A stretch of 64,000 nucleotides of DNA. It comes from Candidatus Coprovivens sp. (GTDB taxonomy: Bacteria > Bacillota_I > Bacilli_A > RF39 > UBA660). Where the stretch lies: contig JBJFGS010000025.1 in NCBI GenBank assembly GCA_051892935.1, positions 80,813-144,812 on the forward strand, written 5' to 3'. Position numbers and translations under genes: made by a program. Of the stretch, positions 16,290-24,802 are shown in pieces. Under the pieces are notes generated by a model. The model was not told where the DNA came from. It saw only the letters and a list, made by a program, of their open reading frames with translations, and made no database searches. The first letter of the stretch is position 1. Every line of letters begins with the position of its first letter.

Positions 16290-17336
16290 TTAACAACCCC
16301 CAGCACCTACCCACATATCTTCAGAATAAGTATTTATTATCTCTTCTTTTAATTTACCATTATTAATAGAAAGTTTAAATTCAGTAAAAATATCACAACT
16401 TCCAACAACATAATAAATATAATTATCTCCAATATCAAGATAAGAATCAGTATAAATCATATATGAAGTTTTAGTTTCACCAGTAACATCATCATCAATT
16501 GTAGTTTCAACCGCTTTAGTATAATTCATTTTTAAAGTATATTCTTTATCTACATATATACCTTGTAAACTAAAGTAAGAAAGTTGATTTATAATCTCCT
16601 TTAAAACAACTCCATCACTATTCAAAATATATGCAATATTTTCATAAGTGTTTCTATGATTAAAAATATTATTATCCGATATAATATCATTGTTATTTCC
16701 TAAAAATAACACTAAGTACTCATCTTTTTCATCTTCCGACTTAAATGTTTTAGAAACATATAAATTATCGTTAAAATAATTATCTATAACACTAGAATCA
16801 GTAAAAACAGAAACAATAGATATATCAATAGATTTATTTCCAGCTAAAAATACTTCTCGTCTTAAAACATAATAATCTTTTGAATCATTATCATCAAAAT
16901 CAGCTTCTACATATGATTCTTTATCCAAATAATAATAAAATATTAATGGAACTTTATGTCCATTTAAAACAGCCTCTTTATTAACTTCTTTATAGAATGT
17001 ATATTTATCATTTTTTACTGGAGGCAATAATTCTTTGTTTTCATCCAAATTATCTTTTAAATCAAGATTTTCTTTACTTTGATTATCTTTTTCTAAAGTG
17101 TTATCATTTTTTGCATGCATTAAATACAAATTCCATCCACCAAAACCAATAATACCTATCAATATCAGGAATAACAATACAATCAAAAAAACATTACTTT
17201 TCCTTTTTTTAGGCATGACATCTTTAGGGATAGTTACACCATTGTTTCCATTTTCTTCTAAAACTTCATTAGATCTACTAGGTCTAATAACATTATTATT
17301 CACTTCCAACACCTCACTACTATTAAATAATAACAC
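16290..17336 (-). CDS. Single-pass membrane protein, unknown function
   Basis: TM VFLIVLLFLILIGIIGFGGW after a ~45-aa N-terminus. The start is uncertain: GTG at 17336, or GTG at 17303 preceded by gaggtg. Confidence 0.65.
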   Translation of the reverse strand: MLLFNSSEVLEVNNNVIRPSRSNEVLEENGNNGVTIPKDVMPKKRKSNVFLIVLLFLILIGIIGFGGWNLYLMHAKNDNTLEKDNQSKENLDLKDNLDENKELLPPVKNDKYTFYKEVNKEAVLNGHKVPLIFYYYLDKESYVEADFDDNDSKDYYVLRREVFLAGNKSIDISIVSVFTDSSVIDNYFNDNLYVSKTFKSEDEKDEYLVLFLGNNNDIISDNNIFNHRNTYENIAYILNSDGVVLKEIINQLSYFSLQGIYVDKEYTLKMNYTKAVETTIDDDVTGETKTSYMIYTDSYLDIGDNYIYYVVGSCDIFTEFKLSINNGKLKEEIINTYSEDMWVGAGGC

Positions 17337-17408
17337 AAAATACCTAAAAAAAATAAAAAAATATCAAATTTTCTTATATTTTGTTATAATTAATTATAGG
17401 TGATCAAT

Positions 17409-18608
17409 ATGGAAGTACTTGCAGACAAACTAAGACCACAATGTATCAACGACATAATTGGTCAAAAACATCTTGTTGGTGAAAATAAAATAATCAGAAA
17501 TTTAGTAGAAAATAATCACATTGTAAGTATGATATTATATGGAAAACCAGGTATAGGAAAAACTTCAATAGCTTGTGCCATTGCTCAAGAAATAAAAAAA
17601 CCATACCGTATGTTAAATGCAACCATAAATAACAAGCAAGACTTTGATATAGTAATTGAAGAAGCTAAAATGAACGGTGAAATGATTGTTATAATGGATG
17701 AAATACATCGTCTAAATAAAGACAAACAAGACTTATTACTTCCATATATTGAAAATGGTTTAATAATTCTTATAGGAATGACAACATCGAATCCATATCA
17801 TAAAATAAATCCAGCAATTAGAAGTCGTTGTCAAATATTCGAATTAAAAGAACTTACAATAGAAGATATAAAAGAAGGACTAGACAGAGCATCAAAGCAT
17901 TTAAAAGGTCTTATAATAGACGAAGATGCCAAAAATACAATTGCTCGTTTATCATCAGGTGATTTAAGGAACGCCATAAATTTACTGGAAGTATCATATT
18001 ATGCTACTAAAGATAAACATATAACATTAGAAGTCGTTGAAAAAATAAATGCCAAAGCTGTCTTTTTTTCAGATGCTAATGAAGATGCCCACTACGATGT
18101 ATTATCAGGACTTCAAAAATCAATAAGAGGATCAGATGTTGATGCATCACTACACTACTTAGCTAGATTAATTACCGAAGGAGATTTAGATAGTATATAT
18201 AGAAGATTAAGCGTTATCGCTTATGAAGATATAGGGCTTGCAAATCCAGGAATAGGACCTAAAGTAATTGCAGCTATCGAAGCGGCAGAACTTGTTGGAC
18301 TACCAGAAGCTAGAATACCATTAGGAACTATTGTTACAGAAATGGCCTTAAGCCCTAAAAGTAATAGCGCCCACATTGCCCTAGATGCTGCACTATCAGA
18401 TATAGAATCAGGAACAACGGGAAACTTACCAGAACACATAAAAACAAATTCGCCACTATATAAGTACCCTCACGACTATCCAAATGCTTGGGTAAATCAA
18501 CAATATCTTCCAGATAACATAAAAAATAAAAAATACTATAAACCTAAAAACAATAAATACGAATTAAATTTAAATAAAATACATTCAGAAATGAAAGGTG
18601 GAAAATAA
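17409..18608 (+). CDS. rarA: Replication-associated recombination protein A (RarA/MgsA)
   Basis: Walker A GKPGIGKTS, DEIHRLNK, and the C-terminal HYDVLSGLQKSIRGSDVDASLHYLARL typical of RarA. Confidence 0.9.
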   Translation: MEVLADKLRPQCINDIIGQKHLVGENKIIRNLVENNHIVSMILYGKPGIGKTSIACAIAQEIKKPYRMLNATINNKQDFDIVIEEAKMNGEMIVIMDEIHRLNKDKQDLLLPYIENGLIILIGMTTSNPYHKINPAIRSRCQIFELKELTIEDIKEGLDRASKHLKGLIIDEDAKNTIARLSSGDLRNAINLLEVSYYATKDKHITLEVVEKINAKAVFFSDANEDAHYDVLSGLQKSIRGSDVDASLHYLARLITEGDLDSIYRRLSVIAYEDIGLANPGIGPKVIAAIEAAELVGLPEARIPLGTIVTEMALSPKSNSAHIALDAALSDIESGTTGNLPEHIKTNSPLYKYPHDYPNAWVNQQYLPDNIKNKKYYKPKNNKYELNLNKIHSEMKGGK

Positions 18609-18609
18609 A

Positions 18610-19590
18610 ATGAAAATAGCCCTAATAGGAACTGGAGTTTATGGACTTGCAATTGCCATGGCCATAAGTAAAAACCATAAAGATATAACAATGTGGACAG
18701 AATCAGATGAAAGATACGAAAAATACATAAAAGATGGTAAAGTACTAAAAGACATAATACCTAACATAGAAGCACCCAAAAACATAAAACTTACCATATC
18801 ATACGAAAAAGCCGTAAAAGATGCTGATATAGTATTTATAACATCAACTGCAGCATTCGTAGGAAGCATATGCAAAAATATCAATCCATTTATTACTAAA
18901 AAAACTGTTGTATGTATCGCTTCAAAAGGAATAGAAAACACATCGTGTGCCTTCTTAAGTGATATCGCCTACGAAAACTTAAAAACAAAACATATAGCGA
19001 TAATTTCAGGCCCCTCATTTGCAATTGATATGGCCTCAAACAACCCAGTTGGATTATCACTAGCATCTCATAGTAGAAAAGCAACAAAACTAATAAAAAA
19101 TGCTTTAGAAAACGATACATTAAAACTAAGACCAACTAATGATCTTATAGGTGTCCAAATATGTGGCTCAGTAAAAAATATTATAGCAGTAGCAGCTGGA
19201 ATGTTAGATGGAATGAATTATCCAGAATCTACTCAAAGTTTTTTAATAACTGAAGCTTTAAATGATATAAAAAATCTAATAGGAGCCTTAGGAGGAAATC
19301 CCAGAACCATTACATCATTTGCTGGTGTTGGAGACTTACTACTAACATGTACATCAACCAAAAGTAGAAACTTCTCCTTCGGAAGAATAATTGGTCAAGG
19401 TGCAACCAAAGAAGAAAAAGAAGAACATCTAAAAAATAACACAGTCGAAGGATACTACACATTAAAAAGCATTTACAAACTAATTAAAAATAAAAAAATA
19501 AAAATGCCTATAATAGATTTAATTTACAAAATAGTAATGAATGATGAAGATCCACAATTACTTATTTCATTCTTAGTAAACAAAAAATAA
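18610..19590 (+). CDS. gpsA: NAD(P)H-dependent glycerol-3-phosphate dehydrogenase
   Basis: KIALIGTGVYGLAIA Rossmann start; GSVKNIIAVAAGMLDG and TCTSTKSRNFSFG motifs. Confidence 0.9.
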   Translation: MKIALIGTGVYGLAIAMAISKNHKDITMWTESDERYEKYIKDGKVLKDIIPNIEAPKNIKLTISYEKAVKDADIVFITSTAAFVGSICKNINPFITKKTVVCIASKGIENTSCAFLSDIAYENLKTKHIAIISGPSFAIDMASNNPVGLSLASHSRKATKLIKNALENDTLKLRPTNDLIGVQICGSVKNIIAVAAGMLDGMNYPESTQSFLITEALNDIKNLIGALGGNPRTITSFAGVGDLLLTCTSTKSRNFSFGRIIGQGATKEEKEEHLKNNTVEGYYTLKSIYKLIKNKKIKMPIIDLIYKIVMNDEDPQLLISFLVNKK

Positions 19591-19616
19591 AGTATAAATT
19601 CATACTTTATTTTTTT
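19590..19616 (+). terminator. Rho-independent terminator after gpsA
   Basis: aagtat-aaattc-atactt followed by a T run. Confidence 0.7.
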
Positions 19617-19629
19617 ATAAAAAAGACTA

Positions 19630-19860
19630 CTATTCAGTAGTCTTATCCTCATCATGTTCATCTTCATATAAATCTAAATAATCATTTATAGTTTCTTTAA
19701 TCTTATTAGCTTCCTCTTCATCCTTAGCATTAGATAGTAAAAAATCTAAATAAGTCGTTTTTTCACAAAAAGTTAAATCAGGATTAGTAAGAGTACTATC
19801 TTTCATAACTTCAGAAACATTTTCTAATTCTTCATTTTCATTCATGATAACCACTTCCAT
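19630..19860 (-). CDS. Small acidic protein (76 aa)
   Basis: Overlaps the 3' end of the ThiF-family gene by 23 nt. Glu/Asp-rich; no motif recognised. Confidence 0.5.
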   Translation of the reverse strand: MEVVIMNENEELENVSEVMKDSTLTNPDLTFCEKTTYLDFLLSNAKDEEEANKIKETINDYLDLYEDEHDEDKTTE

Positions 19861-20533
19861 TATTAATTATATCATTAAAAACATAACTTGCGATACAAAA
19901 ACCAGCAGCATTAGGCACAAAACTTACAGAACCAGGAGTTCTAGACTGAATCTTCCTAGGTAATTCTTGAGAACACAAAACAGGTAATTTATACTTAATG
20001 CCATTATCTCTCATCATCTTACGAATAACTTTAGCAACAGGATCATTCTGCGTTTTCCATATATTAGTAATCTCTAATTTAGTAGGATCAACTCTATTAC
20101 CAGTACCCATACTACTAATAATTCTTATATTATATTGTAAAGCTTTCTTTATTAATAATAACTTTGTTGACATAGTATCACAACAATCAATAATATAATC
20201 AAACTTAGAATAATCTAAAACGTCAATATTAGCTTCATTTAAAAACATTTCATAAGAATCAACACTTATATCATGATTAATCAATTTAGCTCTTAAAGAA
20301 GCTTCATTTACTTTAGAACAACCTATATTATTAATATTACACAATAATTGTCTATTTAAATTAGATTTACTAAATACATCACCATCTACTATAGTTAATC
20401 TCTTAATCCCCATTCTAACTAAAGCTTCAAAACAAGCCCCACCTACTCCACCAACACCAACAATTAAAATATTACTATTACAAAAAGCATTCAGCTCATC
20501 ATCACTAAAAAGTAATTTACAACGTTCCAACAT
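19838..20533 (-). CDS. tcdA: ThiF/MoeB-fold protein, TcdA/YrvM-like (tRNA t6A dehydratase family)
   Basis: ILIVGVGGVGGACFEALVRMGIKRLTIVDGDVFSKSNLNRQ nucleotide-binding fold. About 230 aa, the YrvM size. Start set at the ATG at 20533 after gggtga. Confidence 0.75.
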   Translation of the reverse strand: MLERCKLLFSDDELNAFCNSNILIVGVGGVGGACFEALVRMGIKRLTIVDGDVFSKSNLNRQLLCNINNIGCSKVNEASLRAKLINHDISVDSYEMFLNEANIDVLDYSKFDYIIDCCDTMSTKLLLIKKALQYNIRIISSMGTGNRVDPTKLEITNIWKTQNDPVAKVIRKMMRDNGIKYKLPVLCSQELPRKIQSRTPGSVSFVPNAAGFCIASYVFNDIINNGSGYHE

Positions 20534-20577
20534 AAAATCACCCAATAAAGTATATCATATTTTAAAACACAAAAAAA

Positions 20578-20746
20578 CTCAAGGGATACCTACCTGTGAT
20601 AAAAAACCTGCACTAAACAGGTGGGCATCACATGAACTGCTTTAGGATCCCTACACTTAAAAAGCAAGGTCTTCAACACCACAGTCAATTAGATTCCCAA
20701 TAAATCACTTACTCGGTTTTTATGAAAAGTAAGCACTTACCTTGAG
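20578..20746 (-). ncRNA. Unassigned structured-RNA candidate (cis-leader of tcdA or independent sRNA)
   Basis: About 40% G+C by hand count, inside an otherwise very AT-rich gap. Closed by the 7-bp helix ctcaagg (20578-20584) / ccttgag (20740-20746). Internal hairpins include gtgat..acctg-tttagtg-caggt..atcac. On the minus strand it is followed by ttttttt. Confidence 0.4.
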
Positions 20747-20806
20747 TAATTAAAGTATAACATAAAAAAAGGAATAATACTAGTACTATTCACTTCCTTT
20801 ACACAT

Positions 20807-22813
20807 TTACCCAACAGGTGGAATAAAATTAGGTTTAATTGTTCCATTATTACTAACTTGACCATTTGAAGAAACATTCGGCATCATCATATCTGGTTTA
20901 GAATTATCATAAAAATTAGTAATAACTTGAGATTGAACTTCGTTAGTAGGCTGAGAAACAACATTACCTGTATCATTAGCAGATTTTGCATTTACCTGAG
21001 AAACAGCTACACCTCCACCACTCTGTTGATTACCAGAATTATTAGAATTAGCAGCCGTTCCATGAACTTTCCAACAATTATTAACATCACATGAATTAGA
21101 ATTAGGTGCAGGGTTAGGCATTTCCATTTTTATAACCATTGGTAGCTTAAATGCTCCACCAAATCCAACACAATTACCTGGCTGTAAAATTTTCTGCTTT
21201 TCAATAACATCAGCAGAAATATTAGGTAACATCGTTCTAATATATTCAATATCCTTAGGATGTGTCATTTTAAATATTAAGAAATTACTACATTGAGCAA
21301 TAACTGTTTCTGATATTTCTACAGGTCTTTGCGAAATTATATTAAGTAAAACTCCATACTTACGACCTTCTTTAGCAATTCTATCAAATATATTATATCC
21401 AATTAAGAAAACATCTGCATCCTTTTGAACATATCTATGAGCTTCTTCCAAAAACAAATGAAACGGAATTTGTGCTCTTTGTTTTCTAGTCTTACAAAAA
21501 TCAAAGAATATTCTAGCAATAATTTTAACAATAATCTTCGCTTGAGTATCATCAATATCTTCCAAATTAATATTAATAACTTGTGCTTTCTTATTACCAA
21601 CAGCAACTAACGAAGCAATATATGTTTCATAAGAAATATAAGTATCACATTTATATATATTAGCAATTTTACTATTTATCAAAGAATTTAATCTAACTTT
21701 TAATAACATAGAATCATCATATAATTGTTCATTACTTTGGAAACCTTCACTTATTAAAGTAAACTCTAAAGCCGCAGCAAAATCTCTCATTGAATAAAAA
21801 GCATTAACTGGTTCTTCAGTCATTTCCAAATCTTCATCAATATGTTTTAAAATATAATCAGTAATTAAAACAGATTCTCCAAAATTACCATTACTATCTA
21901 TTTCAAAACACTCAGATAACGTTCTAGTATAACCCAATCCTTGAATAACACTATCAAAATTAAAATCGTTAGTATGGCATACTTCTAATACCTTAAATAT
22001 TTCATTTTTCTTATTAGCAGTAATTTGATTACTATATAAAATAGCAATTAATGCTTTCGCTATTAAATGATCTTTATATCTATTAGCTACTTCATCATCT
22101 TTACTAAATATTCTAGTTAACTTTAAAGACCTTTCTATGATAGGAATTTGACTATGTTTATCTGCTTGTAACATAATAGTTAAATCATCCATGTTTAATA
22201 AATGAAAAGGAATCTTTAATTCGTAATCAGATTCTTCTTGAATATTAGTTGTAATAAATTTATAACTATAATTAGGATTAATCTTACCTAAATCTCTAAA
22301 AGCAGTCTTATATTCACCATAAGCATCAAAAATGAAAATATTAGCATTATAAGAAACTAAATTAGGATTAGAAAAGATATTTTGAACTAATCTTGCAACC
22401 CCACATGACTTACCTGAACCAGTATTTCCAAATACTGCCATATGATTAGCAAATAGATTATTAATATCAGCAAAAACATCATAATCAGTATAAATAGAGC
22501 TTCTTCCTAATTTAAATGTTGTCTCATCATAAACCCCAACAATAGCACTAAGTTCTTGATCATTAATAGTTCTTATTTTACTAGATAAAACAGGCTTTCT
22601 AATAACACCTGATACATATCTCCCATTCATAAATTCCCCAAGAAATCTTATTTTAATTATTTCATCAGTAACTTCTTCTACTTCACCCAAAATAGCTTGA
22701 TTTGGAGCTTCAAAAACTACATGGACATTCATTAAATCTCCCATTTCTTCAGCTTTAGCTATAGTAGTAACGTGAGCTACGTTTCCAGAAATAAATTTAA
22801 TATTACCAAACAT
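20807..22813 (-). CDS. HerA/DUF87-type P-loop ATPase with low-complexity C-terminal tail
   Basis: N-terminal barrel-like GNVAHVTTIAKAEEMGDLMNVHVVFEAPNQAILGEVEEV. Walker A FGNTGSGKS, Walker B HLFLEEAHRY, then RKYGVLLNIISQRP. The last ~95 aa are Asn/Ser/Gln/Gly-rich. Start at the ATG at 22813 after agaggtg. Confidence 0.8.
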   Translation of the reverse strand: MFGNIKFISGNVAHVTTIAKAEEMGDLMNVHVVFEAPNQAILGEVEEVTDEIIKIRFLGEFMNGRYVSGVIRKPVLSSKIRTINDQELSAIVGVYDETTFKLGRSSIYTDYDVFADINNLFANHMAVFGNTGSGKSCGVARLVQNIFSNPNLVSYNANIFIFDAYGEYKTAFRDLGKINPNYSYKFITTNIQEESDYELKIPFHLLNMDDLTIMLQADKHSQIPIIERSLKLTRIFSKDDEVANRYKDHLIAKALIAILYSNQITANKKNEIFKVLEVCHTNDFNFDSVIQGLGYTRTLSECFEIDSNGNFGESVLITDYILKHIDEDLEMTEEPVNAFYSMRDFAAALEFTLISEGFQSNEQLYDDSMLLKVRLNSLINSKIANIYKCDTYISYETYIASLVAVGNKKAQVININLEDIDDTQAKIIVKIIARIFFDFCKTRKQRAQIPFHLFLEEAHRYVQKDADVFLIGYNIFDRIAKEGRKYGVLLNIISQRPVEISETVIAQCSNFLIFKMTHPKDIEYIRTMLPNISADVIEKQKILQPGNCVGFGGAFKLPMVIKMEMPNPAPNSNSCDVNNCWKVHGTAANSNNSGNQQSGGGVAVSQVNAKSANDTGNVVSQPTNEVQSQVITNFYDNSKPDMMMPNVSSNGQVSNNGTIKPNFIPPVG

Positions 22814-22870
22814 AACCAACACCTCTTTTATTATATACAACTATATCTTAACACAAAACAAAAATAAATT

Positions 22871-22901
22871 AAATAAAAAAGAACTATTTTTCCTAGTTCT
22901 T
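22871..22901 (-). terminator. Rho-independent terminator
   Basis: On the minus strand: aagaacta-ggaaaaa-tagttctt followed by tttt. It overlaps the stop of the 609-aa gene. Confidence 0.65.
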
Positions 22902-24722
22902 TAATTTAACTTTATCATTCTGTATAATAGAATTTCTAAATATAGAATTCCTTATTTTATTAATATATTGACCATATAAATCAGGATTGAATTCCTTAAT
23001 AACATTTACAGCTCTATCAAACCTCAAACTATTAATGCCACTAACATTTAAATAATGAGTTTTACTTATGTAATCACCATTTATAAACTCTCTTATTATA
23101 AAAGAATGATGTTTTAACATTAATTCATCAACATACTGACGTCTAATTAATATACTACACGCTAACTCATCATATAATTTCTTTTGAACTAATAACACAT
23201 CACTTTTCAAAGAAGGATACAAAATATTTAAAGAAGCACACATATATTTAAAATCATCTAAACTAAAATTCTCTTCCTGATACATTAGTAAAGAACCATT
23301 ATCAGAAATAACATTAATCATTTCCTTTATATGTATTAACCCATAAGAAGCAAAATATTGATTAAATACACCATCTAAATAGTTTTTCCATTCTTTTATA
23401 GAAATGTATTTATAACCAACCATTTTTCTAATAAATTCCAAATATGCTTTATGAATAATATCTCTATTATGAATATCTGCATATATATCTTTTTTCCATT
23501 CAAGTAAAATTAAATCAAAAGTATTCTTCTTTACTTCATCACTATCAAAGAATATATTTCTACCAAAATACTTTTTATCCCTAGAATAAAACCACTTAAC
23601 AACATCATAAAAAGTATCTTGATATTCTTCACTAACATTTAAATAAATAAAATAATTTATAGTTACAGAAATAGGTCTTTTCAACTCTTCAAGTAAATAA
23701 TCATAATTACTTAATACATACTCTTTCTTTCGATTATAATTATCAAAAGAAAGAGCAAATTCATTTACTTCTCCTTTCCATTCTTCTCCCTTTATACTTA
23801 AACTTTTAGATTTACCTAAATATTCACGAAAACAATCAAAATTACAAAAAGAATCTCTATCATTATTTAAAATAATATATAATAATTCCCTGTTCAATAA
23901 AGAATATTTAGAATAATAAAAAGAACTAAAATTACTGCCAACAGTACTATTATAAAACTCTATAAACTCATCTAAAGTAAAATATAAATGACTACTAGTA
24001 TATTCTTTATAAGTAAGTAAAACACTCTTTCTTAAAACATCTCTATCAAAACTATTATCAATAATTAACATTATATTTTTAAATAATAAAGATAAATTTG
24101 ATACATCAAATAATCTAATATTTTCATAATCCTTAATAAAGAAAGAAATATCATCGAAAGTAATACCAAGTAATCTAAAATTATTAAGTAAAAACTTAAT
24201 ATCATAACAGCACATAAAAGAAACAGCTTTTTTCTTTCTTAAAACATTCTCCTTCTCATTATAAATATCTAAAAAACAATTATATAAATCATATATAGTT
24301 AAACATTTATTTAAAGCACTATAAGAAATAATATCATCATTAATAACATTTTCTATTAAAGAAGAAGAAAAAAGCTTTAAAACGCCTTTAAATACATCAA
24401 TATTACTAGATTGTAATAAATAATAAATAATAATATTTCTAACATCAAAATCTAAACAAACTTCATCCATTTCATAAAGTATCAATTCTCTACTACAAGT
24501 AAAATCAAGTAATTCAAAATCATCCATAAAATGATCAGAATAACAAAGTAATAAATCATTAATATCATCACTAGAAAAACTATCTTTACTCAATATATTC
24601 CTAAGTAATACTACTTCATCACTCTCTCCATATAAAAAATAAAGATTACTAAAAGCTCTTTTCTTCAACAATATAATCTTTTTAAAAACATATTCACTTA
24701 AAAAAGACTTTATATCATTCAT
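22893..24722 (-). CDS. Large protein of unknown function, paralog A (609 aa)
   Basis: RBS aggagg. Shares blocks with the 767-aa neighbour: DDINDLLLCYSDH, LGITFDDI, YLLEELKRPI...YFIYLNV, KKYFGRNIF. Confidence 0.8.
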   Translation of the reverse strand: MNDIKSFLSEYVFKKIILLKKRAFSNLYFLYGESDEVVLLRNILSKDSFSSDDINDLLLCYSDHFMDDFELLDFTCSRELILYEMDEVCLDFDVRNIIIYYLLQSSNIDVFKGVLKLFSSSLIENVINDDIISYSALNKCLTIYDLYNCFLDIYNEKENVLRKKKAVSFMCCYDIKFLLNNFRLLGITFDDISFFIKDYENIRLFDVSNLSLLFKNIMLIIDNSFDRDVLRKSVLLTYKEYTSSHLYFTLDEFIEFYNSTVGSNFSSFYYSKYSLLNRELLYIILNNDRDSFCNFDCFREYLGKSKSLSIKGEEWKGEVNEFALSFDNYNRKKEYVLSNYDYLLEELKRPISVTINYFIYLNVSEEYQDTFYDVVKWFYSRDKKYFGRNIFFDSDEVKKNTFDLILLEWKKDIYADIHNRDIIHKAYLEFIRKMVGYKYISIKEWKNYLDGVFNQYFASYGLIHIKEMINVISDNGSLLMYQEENFSLDDFKYMCASLNILYPSLKSDVLLVQKKLYDELACSILIRRQYVDELMLKHHSFIIREFINGDYISKTHYLNVSGINSLRFDRAVNVIKEFNPDLYGQYINKIRNSIFRNSIIQNDKVKLKN

Positions 24723-24771
24723 ATATCTCCTCCTAAAGTCAAATTAATATAACAAAAAAGTATATTAAAGT

Positions 24772-24802
24772 AAATAAAAAGAATTAGAAAAATCTAATTC
24801 TT
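24772..24802 (-). terminator. Rho-independent terminator
   Basis: On the minus strand: aagaattag-attttt-ctaattctt followed by a T-rich run, directly after the stop of the 767-aa gene. Confidence 0.6.

Noticed and set aside
20578-20746. I tried to assign the GC-rich element to SRP RNA, 6S RNA, or the TPP, cobalamin, SAM, Moco and T-box classes.
   Set aside because: None of the signature motifs I remember is present: the GGAA tetraloop with AGCAGC, CTGAGA with ACCTGATCTGG, the B12 box, or GGTGGNACCGCG. The two halves do not pair into a 6S-like rod. It is left unassigned rather than forced into a class.
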